Positions 1-10,303 of a DNA stretch of 64,000 nucleotides are shown in pieces. Each line of letters opens with the position of its first letter. Within the stretch, counting starts at the first letter, position 1. The stretch covers positions 34,144-98,143 of the forward strand of contig JADKGB010000013.1 in assembly GCA_016717225.1 (NCBI GenBank), written 5' to 3'. The notes beneath the pieces were generated by a model that searched no databases, had not been told where the DNA came from, and saw nothing but the letters and a program-made list of their open reading frames with translations. The stretch comes from Flavobacteriales bacterium. Lineage in GTDB: Bacteria; Bacteroidota; Bacteroidia; Flavobacteriales_F; PHOS-HE28. A program made the translations under genes and the position numbers.

Positions 1-33
1 CACGACCAGCCGAATGTGCCGATATGTCTTGTC

Positions 34-456
34 TCAAACGTCCACGTGGTAAAGGTCCCGGCTATTGCGTGCTATGCCCGGTACATGAAAGCCGCCGGGT
101 TGCGGGATCACTTCGATCAGATCGAACACGGTGCATTCGCGTGGCAATGGGGCGAAGACCAAGGTGAATTCCATGGCTGCATTTTCGGGTACACGCATCC
201 AGTAGGGCGCATACGTGATGCCTTCGGCATGCAGCAGCTCACTTCGGTGCCCGGTATGGTAGCAGATCAAGAAGGTGCTTTGCCAAATGCGGATGAGATC
301 GCCCAATTCGCTGGTATAACGGCAACGTACAGTCACTTGCCCGCGCTCATCGATGTTCGTGAGCAGTTCACTTTTGAGCGCCGGTTCTACAGGCGCCGAG
401 ATGGAAGGCGCATCAGGCGTTTCCACGGCATCCAAAAGCGGATCTGACTTGTGCAT
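34..456 (-). CDS. hypothetical protein (minus-strand frame preferred over overlapping plus ORF 16..447, which has an Arg-rich junk-like tail)
   Basis: 140 aa ORF with a protein-like composition. It lies on the same strand as the downstream T9SS gene. No family recognised. Confidence 0.3.
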   Translation of the reverse strand: MHKSDPLLDAVETPDAPSISAPVEPALKSELLTNIDERGQVTVRCRYTSELGDLIRIWQSTFLICYHTGHRSELLHAEGITYAPYWMRVPENAAMEFTLVFAPLPRECTVFDLIEVIPQPGGFHVPGIARNSRDLYHVDV

Positions 457-586
457 TCTTCTTCAAATGTAACGATGCCGAGTGGTCGGTGTGAAGGCTT
501 GGTTCTGTCGCTCATGTATCGCCCCCGGACCGATGCTCGATGTTGATCGCGCATTGGTCCGGGGGCGACCAGAACGTGTGTGATCT

Positions 587-1597
587 CTACAACTTCACCA
601 ATCGCTTCATGCCTGTTGCTCCGGTATCATCGGTTACACGCACCAAGTATGCACCAGCTGGTAATCCGATAATATCCAACGATTCACGCTGAACACCAGC
701 CCCGAAAGTTCGGCGTGCTACCGTGCGCACCACTTTGCCGGTAAGGTCCAGTACGTCGATATTCAAGGCATGGCCACTTCCCAAGCCGTAGATCACCTCC
801 ACCTGGTCGATGGCCGGGTTGGGCATCAGGTCCACACCAATATCATGGCGAGCAGCTTCCTCAAGACCTATCGCGCTGGCATCGGCGTACGTAGCGCTTG
901 AATCAGCGAACGAGAATCCGAATATCGAGACCGTAGTGCGATCCACAGAGAGGATGGGCGCATGCACGCCGGGTTTGTACCATCCATAAGTATCATTGTC
1001 ATATACCGAGGCGGGGTTGTATTGGTTATCCACCATGTTCTTCAAAAAGTGGACGCGGAGCACGTTGCTTACCGAGCCCCATGGCAGTACCACTGTTCCC
1101 CAACCATCAGCATTTCCTGTGATACTCGAGGTGCGCGCCCAGGTGGTGGTGCCATCGGTCACACTGCATGTGGAATTGTCCGTGAAGTTGTTGTTGTAGT
1201 TCAGCGGGTAGCTTACGTAAGTGAGGCGGTCGGAGCAGGTGCCTGTGAAGCCTCCAACCGCAAAGCCGTCTTCTTCAAAGCCCGTAGCCGACCCACGGAA
1301 GAATATGTAATCGCCGCCGGTTTCATCCTGTGCCACTGTGGCATTGGGGAACGTGCCGCCAAGCCCTGTCTGGGCTAAGGAAACGTAGCTTACGGTGTTG
1401 GTGCCAACGCTGGGTAGCGAGGCAAAGTCCCAGATCTGGCTCGGGCCACCAGAACCGGGAGCGGAGTACTCGCTGACCACGAAGGTGACCTGTTCTCCGG
1501 GTATTGGGGTTACGGCACCTGCGCCCAATGTCGGCTGGGCCATGGCTGAAAGACAACTGGTGACAAGTACAAGGGAGGTCGCGTAGCGTTGTTTCAT
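587..1597 (-). CDS. secreted protein with T9SS C-terminal sorting domain (Por_Secre_tail)
   Basis: Internal start MKQRYATSLVLVTSCLSAMAQ is a signal peptide. The C-terminus ...GAYLVRVTDDTGATGMKRLVKL is a typical T9SS CTD. The ORF track reports a longer N-terminus (to 1711). Confidence 0.75.
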   Translation of the reverse strand: MKQRYATSLVLVTSCLSAMAQPTLGAGAVTPIPGEQVTFVVSEYSAPGSGGPSQIWDFASLPSVGTNTVSYVSLAQTGLGGTFPNATVAQDETGGDYIFFRGSATGFEEDGFAVGGFTGTCSDRLTYVSYPLNYNNNFTDNSTCSVTDGTTTWARTSSITGNADGWGTVVLPWGSVSNVLRVHFLKNMVDNQYNPASVYDNDTYGWYKPGVHAPILSVDRTTVSIFGFSFADSSATYADASAIGLEEAARHDIGVDLMPNPAIDQVEVIYGLGSGHALNIDVLDLTGKVVRTVARRTFGAGVQRESLDIIGLPAGAYLVRVTDDTGATGMKRLVKL

Positions 1598-1896
1598 ATG
1601 GTTGTGTTCGTAAGCCTGCAAATTAGTGAACGGGTGGGAATGAACGTTCGGTCTTGAATTCCGCCTTTCCCAACCGAGCTGTTGCTCCATATGCTCCAAC
1701 GGTGTTCCCATTCAACAAACTCAGGGAACTGAACGGGTAGGCATGCGTTCTTCAACTTCCATGCTTCGGCACGTGTACGAGCATTCCGTGGATCCTGCAC
1801 GCCGTTCATACACCATCCGTCCACGTGCCAATGCGCTGCGCATCTTTGCGCCGTAGTAAAACCAAACCAACCCATCGGCTCGCGCCGAACATTCGC

Positions 1897-2490
1897 ATGA
1901 ATCGTTCCCTCATTACCTTGATCGTACTTGGCGGCATCGTCGCCTTGATCGCCATGTGGGCCATCGGCTTCCAGCGTTCCACTACCGGCCTCAACGAAGG
2001 CGTTGGAGAGCAATGGAGCAACGTGGAAAATGCCTATCAGCTCCGCTCGGACAAAACCAAGAACCTGGTGGAGATCGTGAAAGGAGCTGCTGATTTCGAG
2101 AAAAGCACGCTTACCGCAGTGATCGAAGCGCGCGCCAAGGCCACGAGCATTCAACTTAAAGTTGATGACCTTACCCCGGAGAAGATCGCTGAGTTCGAGA
2201 AAGCCCAAGCTCAACTGAGCGGTTCACTTAGCCGCTTGCTCGTGGCGGTGGAACAATACCCGAACCTGAAAGCCACCGATGCTTTCCGCGACCTTCAAGC
2301 CCAATACGAGGGCATGGAGAACCGTATCGGTGTAGAGCGCCGCAAATTCAACGAAGTGGCACGTGCGTTCAATACCAAGATCAAGCAGATGCCGAACAAC
2401 CTGCTCGCGGGCTTTTTCGGCTTCAGCGAGAAAGGCTACTTCAAGGCTCAGGAAGGCACGGAGAACGCGCCTGATATCAGTTTCAAGTGA
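1897..2490 (+). CDS. lemA: LemA family protein
   Basis: MNRSLITLIVLGGIVAL TM anchor followed by the conserved LemA core (NAYQLRSDKTKNLVEIVKGAADFEKSTL...). ATG confirmed at 1897. Confidence 0.9.
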   Translation: MNRSLITLIVLGGIVALIAMWAIGFQRSTTGLNEGVGEQWSNVENAYQLRSDKTKNLVEIVKGAADFEKSTLTAVIEARAKATSIQLKVDDLTPEKIAEFEKAQAQLSGSLSRLLVAVEQYPNLKATDAFRDLQAQYEGMENRIGVERRKFNEVARAFNTKIKQMPNNLLAGFFGFSEKGYFKAQEGTENAPDISFK

Positions 2491-2933
2491 CACCGGTCAG
2501 CGCTGAAGAGTTTCTCGGTCCAGCGGATCTGGAACGTGTGCGCGCTGCCATCCGCGCTGCAGAGGCTCGCACCAGTGGTGAGATCCGTGTGCATTTGGAC
2601 GATACGATCGTCGATGATGTGATGGACCACGCTGCTTTCGTTTTCGAAGAGTTGGGCATGCATCGCACCAAGGATCGCAATGGGGCCATGATCTACGTGA
2701 GCGTTTCGGAACGCCGTGCCGCCGTGATCGGCGATGCGGGCATCCATGCAAAACTGCCCAACGGCTTTTGGAACGATACGCTGAACGTTATCCTCGAAGA
2801 GTTCAAAGCTGGCCGCTATTGCGACGGACTTTGCAAGGGTGTCGAACAACTCGGGGGCCAGCTACGTGAGCACTTCCCTTACGAACGGGGTGACCTGAAC
2901 GAACTAAGTGACGATATCAGTTTCGGCCGATGA
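2487..2933 (+). CDS. TPM domain-containing protein
   Basis: Lies between lemA and a second TPM-domain gene (ATGA overlaps at both ends), as in the common lemA-TPM-TPM operon. Call rests on operon context and general resemblance to the TPM/TLP18.3 family. Confidence 0.8.
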   Translation: MTPVSAEEFLGPADLERVRAAIRAAEARTSGEIRVHLDDTIVDDVMDHAAFVFEELGMHRTKDRNGAMIYVSVSERRAAVIGDAGIHAKLPNGFWNDTLNVILEEFKAGRYCDGLCKGVEQLGGQLREHFPYERGDLNELSDDISFGR

Positions 2934-3730
2934 AACAAGCGTTGTTCGCCCTTTTGCTGCTTGTCGGTTTGCCGTTCGGATCGCAAGCGGCAGTTGATCC
3001 GTGTTTGCCGGCGAAACCGACAGACCAGGATCGGCTCGTCTTCCAATACACTCCGTGGCTGAAACCGGACGAGGTGGCGCGCTTGAACGATGTGTTGGTG
3101 CAGTTCGCCCGCGAAACAAGCAACCAGATCGCCATTGTCATCGTGGATTCGCTGTGTGGTTACAATGTCAGCGACTTCGCTTTTGACTTGGGCGAAGCTT
3201 GGGGATTGGGTGGGGCGAAAATGGACAACGGTGTTGTTCTCCTGGTGAAACCTACCGGCGGCCCCGGAGAAAGGAAGGTCTTTATCGCCACTGGCTATGG
3301 GTTGGAAGGAGCTATTCCGGACGCGGTATGTCGACGCATCGTTGACGAGGAGATCGTACCGCGTTTCAAGAACGGAGACTCCTTCGGTGGATTGAACGCG
3401 GCCATCGGTACATTGATGAAGTTGGCCAAGGGCGAGATCAACGCGAAGAGCTATGGTACCCGCAAAGTTCCCTTTAGCGGACTGCTGACCATCCTGGCCA
3501 TTTTCGTGGTGATCATCCTCGTGGCAATATCCCAACGGAACAAAGTGCGCACGTATGCAAGAACGAACAATATCGACTTCTGGGCCGCCTGGTGGTTATT
3601 GAATCAAGCCAGTCGCAGCCACCGTGGTACCTGGGGCGGTTTTAGCGGAGGTGGCGGTGGTGGAGGTGGCGGGTTCGGCGGCTTCGGTGGTGGAGGTTTT
3701 GGTGGTGGTGGAGCTGGTGGATCCTGGTGA
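2930..3730 (+). CDS. TPM domain-containing protein (YgcG-like) with TM segment and Gly-rich C-terminal tail
   Basis: Signal peptide, TPM domain, TM helix, then a [21 protein letters not shown] tail. Overlaps the preceding gene by 4 nt. Confidence 0.8.
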   Translation: MKQALFALLLLVGLPFGSQAAVDPCLPAKPTDQDRLVFQYTPWLKPDEVARLNDVLVQFARETSNQIAIVIVDSLCGYNVSDFAFDLGEAWGLGGAKMDNGVVLLVKPTGGPGERKVFIATGYGLEGAIPDAVCRRIVDEEIVPRFKNGDSFGGLNAAIGTLMKLAKGEINAKSYGTRKVPFSGLLTILAIFVVIILVAISQRNKVRTYARTNNIDFWAAWWLLNQASRSHRGTWGGFSGGGGGGGGGFGGFGGGGFGGGGAGGSW

Positions 3731-3733
3731 TCG

Positions 3734-4510
3734 ATGGGGTATACGAAGTGGATATTCGGAACGCTGGGGTTCGCGTTGAGCGGAACGCCCATTGGTGCGG
3801 TTGTGGGCTTCGCATTGGGCTCCTTGTTCGATAACGTCAGTGTCGGTCGGCAGCCGAACGACGGTTCGGATGATCCTCGCGCACGATCGACCGCCGGAGG
3901 CCAGCGTGCCGGGCAACAAACAGCAACCGCAGGCGATGTGGCGTTGAGCCTTGTTGTCCTGACAGCTGCGGTTATGAAAGCCGATGGCAAGGCAACACAG
4001 GGCGAACTAGGCCACGCGCGAACGTTCTTCAACAAACAATTCGGGCCGCAGCACGCTGCCGAGTTGCTTCGGCTCTTGCGCGATATGCTCCAACGCAGCA
4101 TTCCACTGCGCGATGTATGTGAGCAGATGCGCGGGCATCTCACACACCCGGAACGTCTCCAGCTGCTGCATTACCTGATCGGCCTCGCGTATTCCGATGG
4201 CCAATTGGATCACGCTGAGAGGCAAGTGATCCAGAACATCGCATACTATCTAGGCATTTCAGAGAAGGACCTCGCTTCTATGCATGCGATGTTCACCAAG
4301 GCCACACCAAGTGCCGCTTATGCTGTGCTTGAAGTGGATCCCAAAGTGAGCGACGAGGAACTGAAAAAAGCCTACCGCCGAGCAGCCATAAAGCACCATC
4401 CGGACAAGGTTGCCCACTTGGGCGAGCAGTTCCAGAAAGACGCTGCCGAGAAATTCAAGAAGGTGCAAGAAGCCTGGGACCGCGTGAAGAAGGAGCGGGG
4501 GATGAATTGA
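3734..4510 (+). CDS. djlA: DjlA-like co-chaperone (N-terminal TM, TerB-like domain, C-terminal J domain)
   Basis: The C-terminus ...SDEELKKAYRRAAIKHHPDKV carries the HPD J-domain motif. The middle region is TerB-like. Confidence 0.8.
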   Translation: MGYTKWIFGTLGFALSGTPIGAVVGFALGSLFDNVSVGRQPNDGSDDPRARSTAGGQRAGQQTATAGDVALSLVVLTAAVMKADGKATQGELGHARTFFNKQFGPQHAAELLRLLRDMLQRSIPLRDVCEQMRGHLTHPERLQLLHYLIGLAYSDGQLDHAERQVIQNIAYYLGISEKDLASMHAMFTKATPSAAYAVLEVDPKVSDEELKKAYRRAAIKHHPDKVAHLGEQFQKDAAEKFKKVQEAWDRVKKERGMN

Positions 4511-4556
4511 TCAGTTCGAACGTTGTAACGGCCAACGGGTAACTGCTACGTCGTCT

Positions 4557-4606
4557 TATACAATTTCGCAGTACAGATCGGCCTGATCTGTACTGCGAGA
4601 TTGTAT
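4557..4606. terminator. bidirectional hairpin terminator between convergent djlA and kup
   Basis: Near-perfect inverted repeat tacaatttcgcagtacagatc-ggcc-gatctgtactgcgagattgta, giving a ~21 bp stem. Confidence 0.6.
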
Positions 4607-6603
4607 TACATCCCTTTCCCGATCCTCTTCAGGGGGAATGAGCTTTTTTGTTGGATGACCAAGGGTACTTGTTCCACCACGGTCACATTCGGATCCAATC
4701 CAAAAGCCTCGCGGTCGCTTAGTGCAACGTGTTTCAACGCGAAATAGGCATCCAGGATCATGTCGTCGCGCAACGTGAATTCATTCTCCACGCTCATCAC
4801 TCGCTCCGTCAGAATGTAGCAGATGTCCGTGTGGAAGTCGCCCTTTTTTATGCTCTCGTATTTGCTGCTGAATTCAAGCTCGTGCTCGCTCTCCATTTCT
4901 TCGAGCACGCGCCTGAAGAGTTTGTTGATCCGTGGTTGAACACGGAAGCCCAGATCGAAATCGACCCGGATCACCTTGTCGTCGATCAGTTCTTTCACAC
5001 GATACTCCATCGTGAACGGTTCGTCCGTGTAGTTCACATGCACGAACCAATAGATGTCCGCGCGTTTCACCTTCATCGCTAAAATGCTGTCCATGACCTG
5101 CTTCTCAACGTTACCTGGATTGTCTGCCTTGGTAAGGTAGACCAAGTGGGTGGCGAATTTCGGGATCTCCTTGTCGTCGCTCAGGTCACGCAGTAATTGT
5201 GCGTATTTGCTCAGTTGCACGAATTCCAATAGTCGGTTGGTGATCTTCCGAGCTCGGTACCAGATGTACATGACACCCATCAGCAGAAGAACGGATAGTA
5301 TGAACCAAGGTCGCTGAGCGATCTTCACCACATTAGCTACGAAGTAGGCTGTTTCTACAGAGAAGAACACGGTCATGATCGGTAGTACGATCGCCAGGTG
5401 CCAACGCCTCACGTAGCGCAGGTATCCGTACATCAGCGTTGTGGTCATCAACATGGCCACAACAATGAAGAATCCATAGGCCGAAAGCATTGATTCGCTA
5501 TCGCGGAAAACGTAGAGCACGATCATGCAACCAACGAACAGCAACCAATTCACGCTGGGTATGTATATCTGCCCGCGCATTTGTGTAGGGAATTTCACCT
5601 TCACACGTGGCCAAAAATTCAAGGTGATGGCTTCGTTGATCAACGTGAAGGATCCACTGATCAGGGCCTGGCTTGCGATGATCGTGGCCAACGTGGCGAT
5701 CAAAACACCTATCAACAAGAAGCCATGTGGCATCATTTCGTAGAATGGGTTCAGATCACCGAGGTATTTGTTGTTATGGCTCAATAACCAAGCCCCCTGG
5801 CCCATATAGTTGATTATCAACGCAGCCTTCACGAAGATCCAACTGACCTGTATGTTCTTGCGCCCACAATGGCCAAGGTCACTGTATAGTGCTTCGGCGC
5901 CCGTGGTGCAAAGGAAAACCGCACCTAGTATCCAGAACCCATTTTCGTAGGTGGTAAGCAGCCGGATCGCGTAGTAGGGGTTCAAGCACTGGAACACGTG
6001 CGGATAGTGCACCAATTGCCAAGCGCCCAACACCAGCAACATGCTGAACCAAACGAACATGATAGGGCCGAACGCGAACCCCACCACTTTGGTGCCGAAG
6101 CGCTGGAAGAAGAACAGGAGGGCAAGTATTGCCACGACTATCCCTACAGTTAAACTATTGCCCGGTGCGATCAAGTCCTCGAACGCGGGAACGCCTTCCA
6201 GTCCTTCTATCGCCGACGAAACTGAAACCGGAGGAGTGATGATGCCATCTACCAACAATGTGGCTGCTCCAACGATAGCCGGTAGATAGATCCATTTTGC
6301 GTAGCGACGAACCAAGGCGTAAAGGGAGAATATACCGCCCTCTCCGCGGTTGTCTGCGGTGAGCGTAAGTAGTATGTACTTGAATGTGGTCTGCAGCGTA
6401 AGGGTCCAGATCACGCAACTGATACCACCGAAAACAAGGTCTTCTGTGATCTCTCGAACCCCGATGATCGTTTTGAAAACGTATAAAGGTGATGTTCCGA
6501 TATCACCATAGATGATACCCAGGGTGACCAACATGCCCGCCATTGACAGCGGATGCGTATGACTCTTGTTCATGATGTGCGCAACAATGAATGACCAAGA
6601 CAA
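4606..6603 (-). CDS. kup: potassium transporter Kup (KUP/HAK/KT family)
   Basis: N-terminal ...MAGMLVTLGIIYGDIGTSPLYVFK matches the Kup signature (E. coli Kup has 622 aa; this ORF is 665 aa). Start may be the internal MNKSH at ~6573. Confidence 0.9.
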   Translation of the reverse strand: MSWSFIVAHIMNKSHTHPLSMAGMLVTLGIIYGDIGTSPLYVFKTIIGVREITEDLVFGGISCVIWTLTLQTTFKYILLTLTADNRGEGGIFSLYALVRRYAKWIYLPAIVGAATLLVDGIITPPVSVSSAIEGLEGVPAFEDLIAPGNSLTVGIVVAILALLFFFQRFGTKVVGFAFGPIMFVWFSMLLVLGAWQLVHYPHVFQCLNPYYAIRLLTTYENGFWILGAVFLCTTGAEALYSDLGHCGRKNIQVSWIFVKAALIINYMGQGAWLLSHNNKYLGDLNPFYEMMPHGFLLIGVLIATLATIIASQALISGSFTLINEAITLNFWPRVKVKFPTQMRGQIYIPSVNWLLFVGCMIVLYVFRDSESMLSAYGFFIVVAMLMTTTLMYGYLRYVRRWHLAIVLPIMTVFFSVETAYFVANVVKIAQRPWFILSVLLLMGVMYIWYRARKITNRLLEFVQLSKYAQLLRDLSDDKEIPKFATHLVYLTKADNPGNVEKQVMDSILAMKVKRADIYWFVHVNYTDEPFTMEYRVKELIDDKVIRVDFDLGFRVQPRINKLFRRVLEEMESEHELEFSSKYESIKKGDFHTDICYILTERVMSVENEFTLRDDMILDAYFALKHVALSDREAFGLDPNVTVVEQVPLVIQQKSSFPLKRIGKGM

Positions 6604-6856
6604 GGAACAGCGCGCACGGGAGTAGGGGTTGGCCGTTCTTATGAGGACCTTCTATGGTCGCTTGGCGGGGCGAATTAACTACTTGGAAGCGAACAACGCA
6701 CAGGTCTTTTGATGAATGGCTCTTTTGGGCCAAGGAAGACATGGTACAAAGCGTATGGACCGGTCGCCGATAGTTGTTCCAAAGCCTCCCTTGCTATGCT
6801 TGGAACCATGCGCCGGGCAAGGATCAGTAGCTTCGTGCATCGCTGAATATTCTGCT

Positions 6857-7687
6857 ATGGAAAAACTGTCCTCATTGATCCTCGGTGCAGCACTTGTCGC
6901 TTTCTCTGTGGTCGCCAAAGCCTCCGATGGCCCTGCTGGCCCCGATCAGAACATCTGCACCAACTCAACGGTACTGTCTGCTGATGCACTGGGCTCCGGT
7001 GAGCAAGGCATTTGGTCGATCTTCTCTGGAAGCGGCACATTCTCTTCTCAAACATCAACGGTCACTACGGTCAGTGGTCTTTCAATTGGTGAGAATGTGA
7101 TCCAATGGACCATCCTCGGTAACGGTGCACCGGTTATCGATCAGGTCGTTATCGCCGTGTTCGATCCAACACTACCAGCGGCATCTGCTGGACCGGATAG
7201 TGTGCTCTGCGCGGCTAACCCCACCATGTTCTTGTTGGCCGACCCATTGCCTTCTCTTGTGTTGGGCACTTGGGTGGTTTCAAGTGGAACGGCCACGGTT
7301 GCTTCTCCTACGGATCCGCATTCCTCCGTAACCGTCCAAGGCAGTGGGCCAGCCACGTTGACCTGGATCCTGTTCAATGGCCCTTGTGGTCAATCCGAGG
7401 ATGCGGTCACTTTATCCCTTCAGGAATGTGAAGTGGGCTTGGCAGAAATTCCGCTGAACGCTGCGCGTGTCCTGTTCGATCCGATCCAGGAACGGATCAC
7501 TGTCAATGGCCCACTTTCACTGGAACGGGTGGAGGTCTTTGACGCTACTGGGCGTTCTGTGAACGTGACGAATGCCAGTGGGAGCAGCATTTCCATTCCC
7601 ATGCGGGGCAGGGCAGAAGGCGTGTATTTGGTGAATCTTGTTTCTCCAACGGGTTCTTTGACCCGCCGCGTTGTCATCGGGCGCTGA
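6857..7687 (+). CDS. secreted repeat protein with T9SS C-terminal sorting domain
   Basis: Signal peptide MEKLSSLILGAALVAFSVVAKA. Repeated Ig-like units (ENVIQWTILGNG.. / LTWILFNGPCG). CTD ...GVYLVNLVSPTGSLTRRVVIGR. ATG confirmed at 6857. Confidence 0.7.
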   Translation: MEKLSSLILGAALVAFSVVAKASDGPAGPDQNICTNSTVLSADALGSGEQGIWSIFSGSGTFSSQTSTVTTVSGLSIGENVIQWTILGNGAPVIDQVVIAVFDPTLPAASAGPDSVLCAANPTMFLLADPLPSLVLGTWVVSSGTATVASPTDPHSSVTVQGSGPATLTWILFNGPCGQSEDAVTLSLQECEVGLAEIPLNAARVLFDPIQERITVNGPLSLERVEVFDATGRSVNVTNASGSSISIPMRGRAEGVYLVNLVSPTGSLTRRVVIGR

Positions 7688-8459
7688 TCACCAACCGGTG
7701 ACAAGCAGTTTTCGGGCTGCACCTGGACCGCATTTCTGCCATTTCGAGTAGGCTTGTGCCGCCCGTTCGCGCATTTGCTCATTGCTTTCGTTGCACACCC
7801 AACCTTGTAGAGCGGCGTCCAGCGTATAGGCTTCCGGCGCCATCAAACCAGTAGTCCAGAGCAGAGGTGTGGCCCCGGTAGCCTTCAACGGAGCGTTGAA
7901 GAACCGTTTGCTGATGCACGCGAGAATGACGGCCTCTCTTGTCGCTATTCGCTGGTTGGCGGGGTGCAGGCGGTGCGAAATCCATTAACCCGTCATGGCC
8001 GCAGTAGGCTATCAGATCCGCGGATCCACCAATGGCCAGTTTTATATCACCAACTTGAAGGGTGGTTGGATCATACCCCCCGGCGTAGCTCAAGAAATCG
8101 TTCGTTGCTTGTTGGATGAACTTGCCATCGTACGCATCAGCCACGAGGAACACGTTCTCGGTTACGTGTTTCCAGGTGATCCGTTCCAGAATATTCGTTC
8201 GTGGGTACGTCGAACGCTCGATCCGTTTCCATTCCTTGCTTTTGTTGAACCAGCTGCGCACACCATAAGCCGCACCCCAATACAGATTTCGTTCGGTGTC
8301 CTGGCCATTGCCCAATACGGCCGGTACGGGCACGATCCCCTGGTTCACGTTATCGCACAGGGCCACCACCACATGGATCACGCGTTGCGCGCTACCCAAA
8401 TGGGCGACCATGATCGCCCACGCGAACAGCGTCAACGGTAAACAGTGCCTTGCAGCCAT
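7688..8459 (-). pseudogene. exported hypothetical protein, apparent frameshift near 7930-7990
   Basis: The N-terminal 160 aa (signal peptide MAARHCLPLTLFAWAIMVAHLGSAQ ... LIAYCGHDGLMDF) are in one frame. A protein-like C-terminal ~100 aa (..ILACISKRFFNAPLKATGATPLLWTTGLMAPEAYTLDAALQGWVCNESNEQ..) continues in another frame. The in-frame continuation is low-complexity Pro/Arg junk. Confidence 0.45.
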
Positions 8460-8663
8460 GCGGTCATCATGTTATCGTCCAGTAGTTTTCCGATCACCCG
8501 ATGATGCGAATGCGCGAACGGGTTGTTCCTGTACAACGCCTCGGCCGGCACTCCTATTTCGTAATGATCTGCATCATCTACCTTAGCCAACCGCCTCCCG
8601 TTCCCGATCCAAGTGGATCAGGGTTTTCGGAAATCAACCCCCCCTTTCGCAGCACTTTTTATC

Positions 8664-10303
8664 ATGCGCAATTTCTCGCTGCTCTTTTTCGTCTTCGGAA
8701 TCTCGATAGGGCAGGCCCAGACGATCGGTCTGTTGGAATACTCACCTGGGAATCTGGACGGTTATGTGCTCTTTGCACCTATCCCCAGTACCACCACGTA
8801 CTTGATCGATAAGTGTGGGCGCGAAGTCCACGCCTGGCCCAGTGCCTACAAGCCAGGACAGTCGGTTTACATGTTGGACAACGGATCGTTGATACGTCCC
8901 GCGTCTATTCCGAATAACGTTTTCACTGCTGGTGGAAAAGCCGGTGCGGTCGAGCGGATCTCCTGGGATGGTGTGTTGGAATGGAGCTACCAGGTCAGTG
9001 ATACCGGGCAATGCAGTCATCACGACGTTTACCCGATGCCGAATGGGCACGTTCTCGTTCTGGCGTGGGAGAAGGTCAGCGTTGCCGAAGCGTTGGCGCA
9101 GGGTCGTGATCCGGCACTTCTAACCAATTCGTTGTGGCCAGAGAAGATCCTGGAACTTGAACCGATCGGCGAGAACCAAGCCAACATCGTTTGGGAATGG
9201 CATACATGGGACCACTTGGTGCAAGAATTTGATGATACCAAACCGAATTTCGCTCCCACCTCGGAACACCCGGAACTGGTTGATCTGAATTATGGTAACG
9301 GCATGGCGCAGGCGGATTGGATCCATGCGAACGCGCTCGACTACAATGCCGATCTGGACCAGATCATGATCAGTGCGCACAATTTCGACGAGCTCTGGGT
9401 GATCGATCATAGCACGACAACGGCCGAAGCCGCCTCGCATTCAGGTGGAACACAAGGTCACGGCGGGATCTGCTTTACCGTTGGGGAAATCCGGAAGCCT
9501 ACGGGCGTGGAACGGAAGCGGACAAGCGCCTTTTCGGCCAGCATAACACCCAGTGGATCAGGCCCGGGCTACCGCGCGCTGGTGAGGTTTTGGTCTTCAA
9601 CAACGGGGCTGGCAGGCCGGGTGGTCAGTATTCCTCGGTTGACATATTCGAAACACCGGTTGATGGGAATGGCGGTTATCCGATCGGTGTGGGTGTTCCT
9701 TTTGCTCCCGCAGCACTGGATTTCCAATGGACGGAACCGGTTCCGACGGATCTGTTCGCCCAGCGCATTTCCGGTGCACAGCAGTTGCCGAACGGAGGAT
9801 TACTTGTTTGTGATGGCCCTGCCGGATCTCTTTTCGAGTTGGGAACCAACAATGAGAAAGTGTGGCGGTACATCTCGCCCGTGAATTTGAACGGTCCTAT
9901 GACCCAAGGTGCGCCAGCCATTTTGAACACGGTATTCCGTTGCACGTGGATCGCCTCGAACCATCCGGGTCTGAATGGCCATGACCTCACTCCCGGTGAT
10001 CCCATCGAACTGGAACCATTGGCGAATGCGTGTACCACATCCAACCACCTCGAAGAAGCTGAGAACCCAGGCTTGATGGTCTTTCCTGATCCGACCTCTG
10101 GACCTGTTCAGCTTTCGCTGAACGGAGGTATCAGTTCTGTTTCCGTCACGGATGCACAGGGTAGGAGTATGGGTGTGCACCCATTGGTATCGGCAACAGG
10201 CAGAATGAGTGTGGATCTTTCCTCACTTGCGGATGGTATCTACTTGATACAAGCCGAACAAGACGGAAAGCGCTTTACCTCCCGCGTACTTGTTTCCCGT
10301 TAG
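8664..10303 (+). pseudogene. arylsulfotransferase (ASST) family protein with T9SS C-terminal domain, frameshifted at ~9465
   Basis: The N-terminal part resembles the ASST family. The second frame carries ...DLLYRWGNPEAYGRGTEADKRLFGQHNTQWIRPG..VLVFNNG and ends in the T9SS CTD GIYLIQAEQDGKRFTSRVLVSR. The frames rejoin if ggcggg is ggcgggg (a one-G deletion). Confidence 0.75.

Noticed and set aside
3640-3725. GGT/GGC-rich tandem-looking stretch
   Set aside because: It encodes the Gly-rich tail of the TPM protein. It is coding low complexity, not a repeat element or CRISPR.
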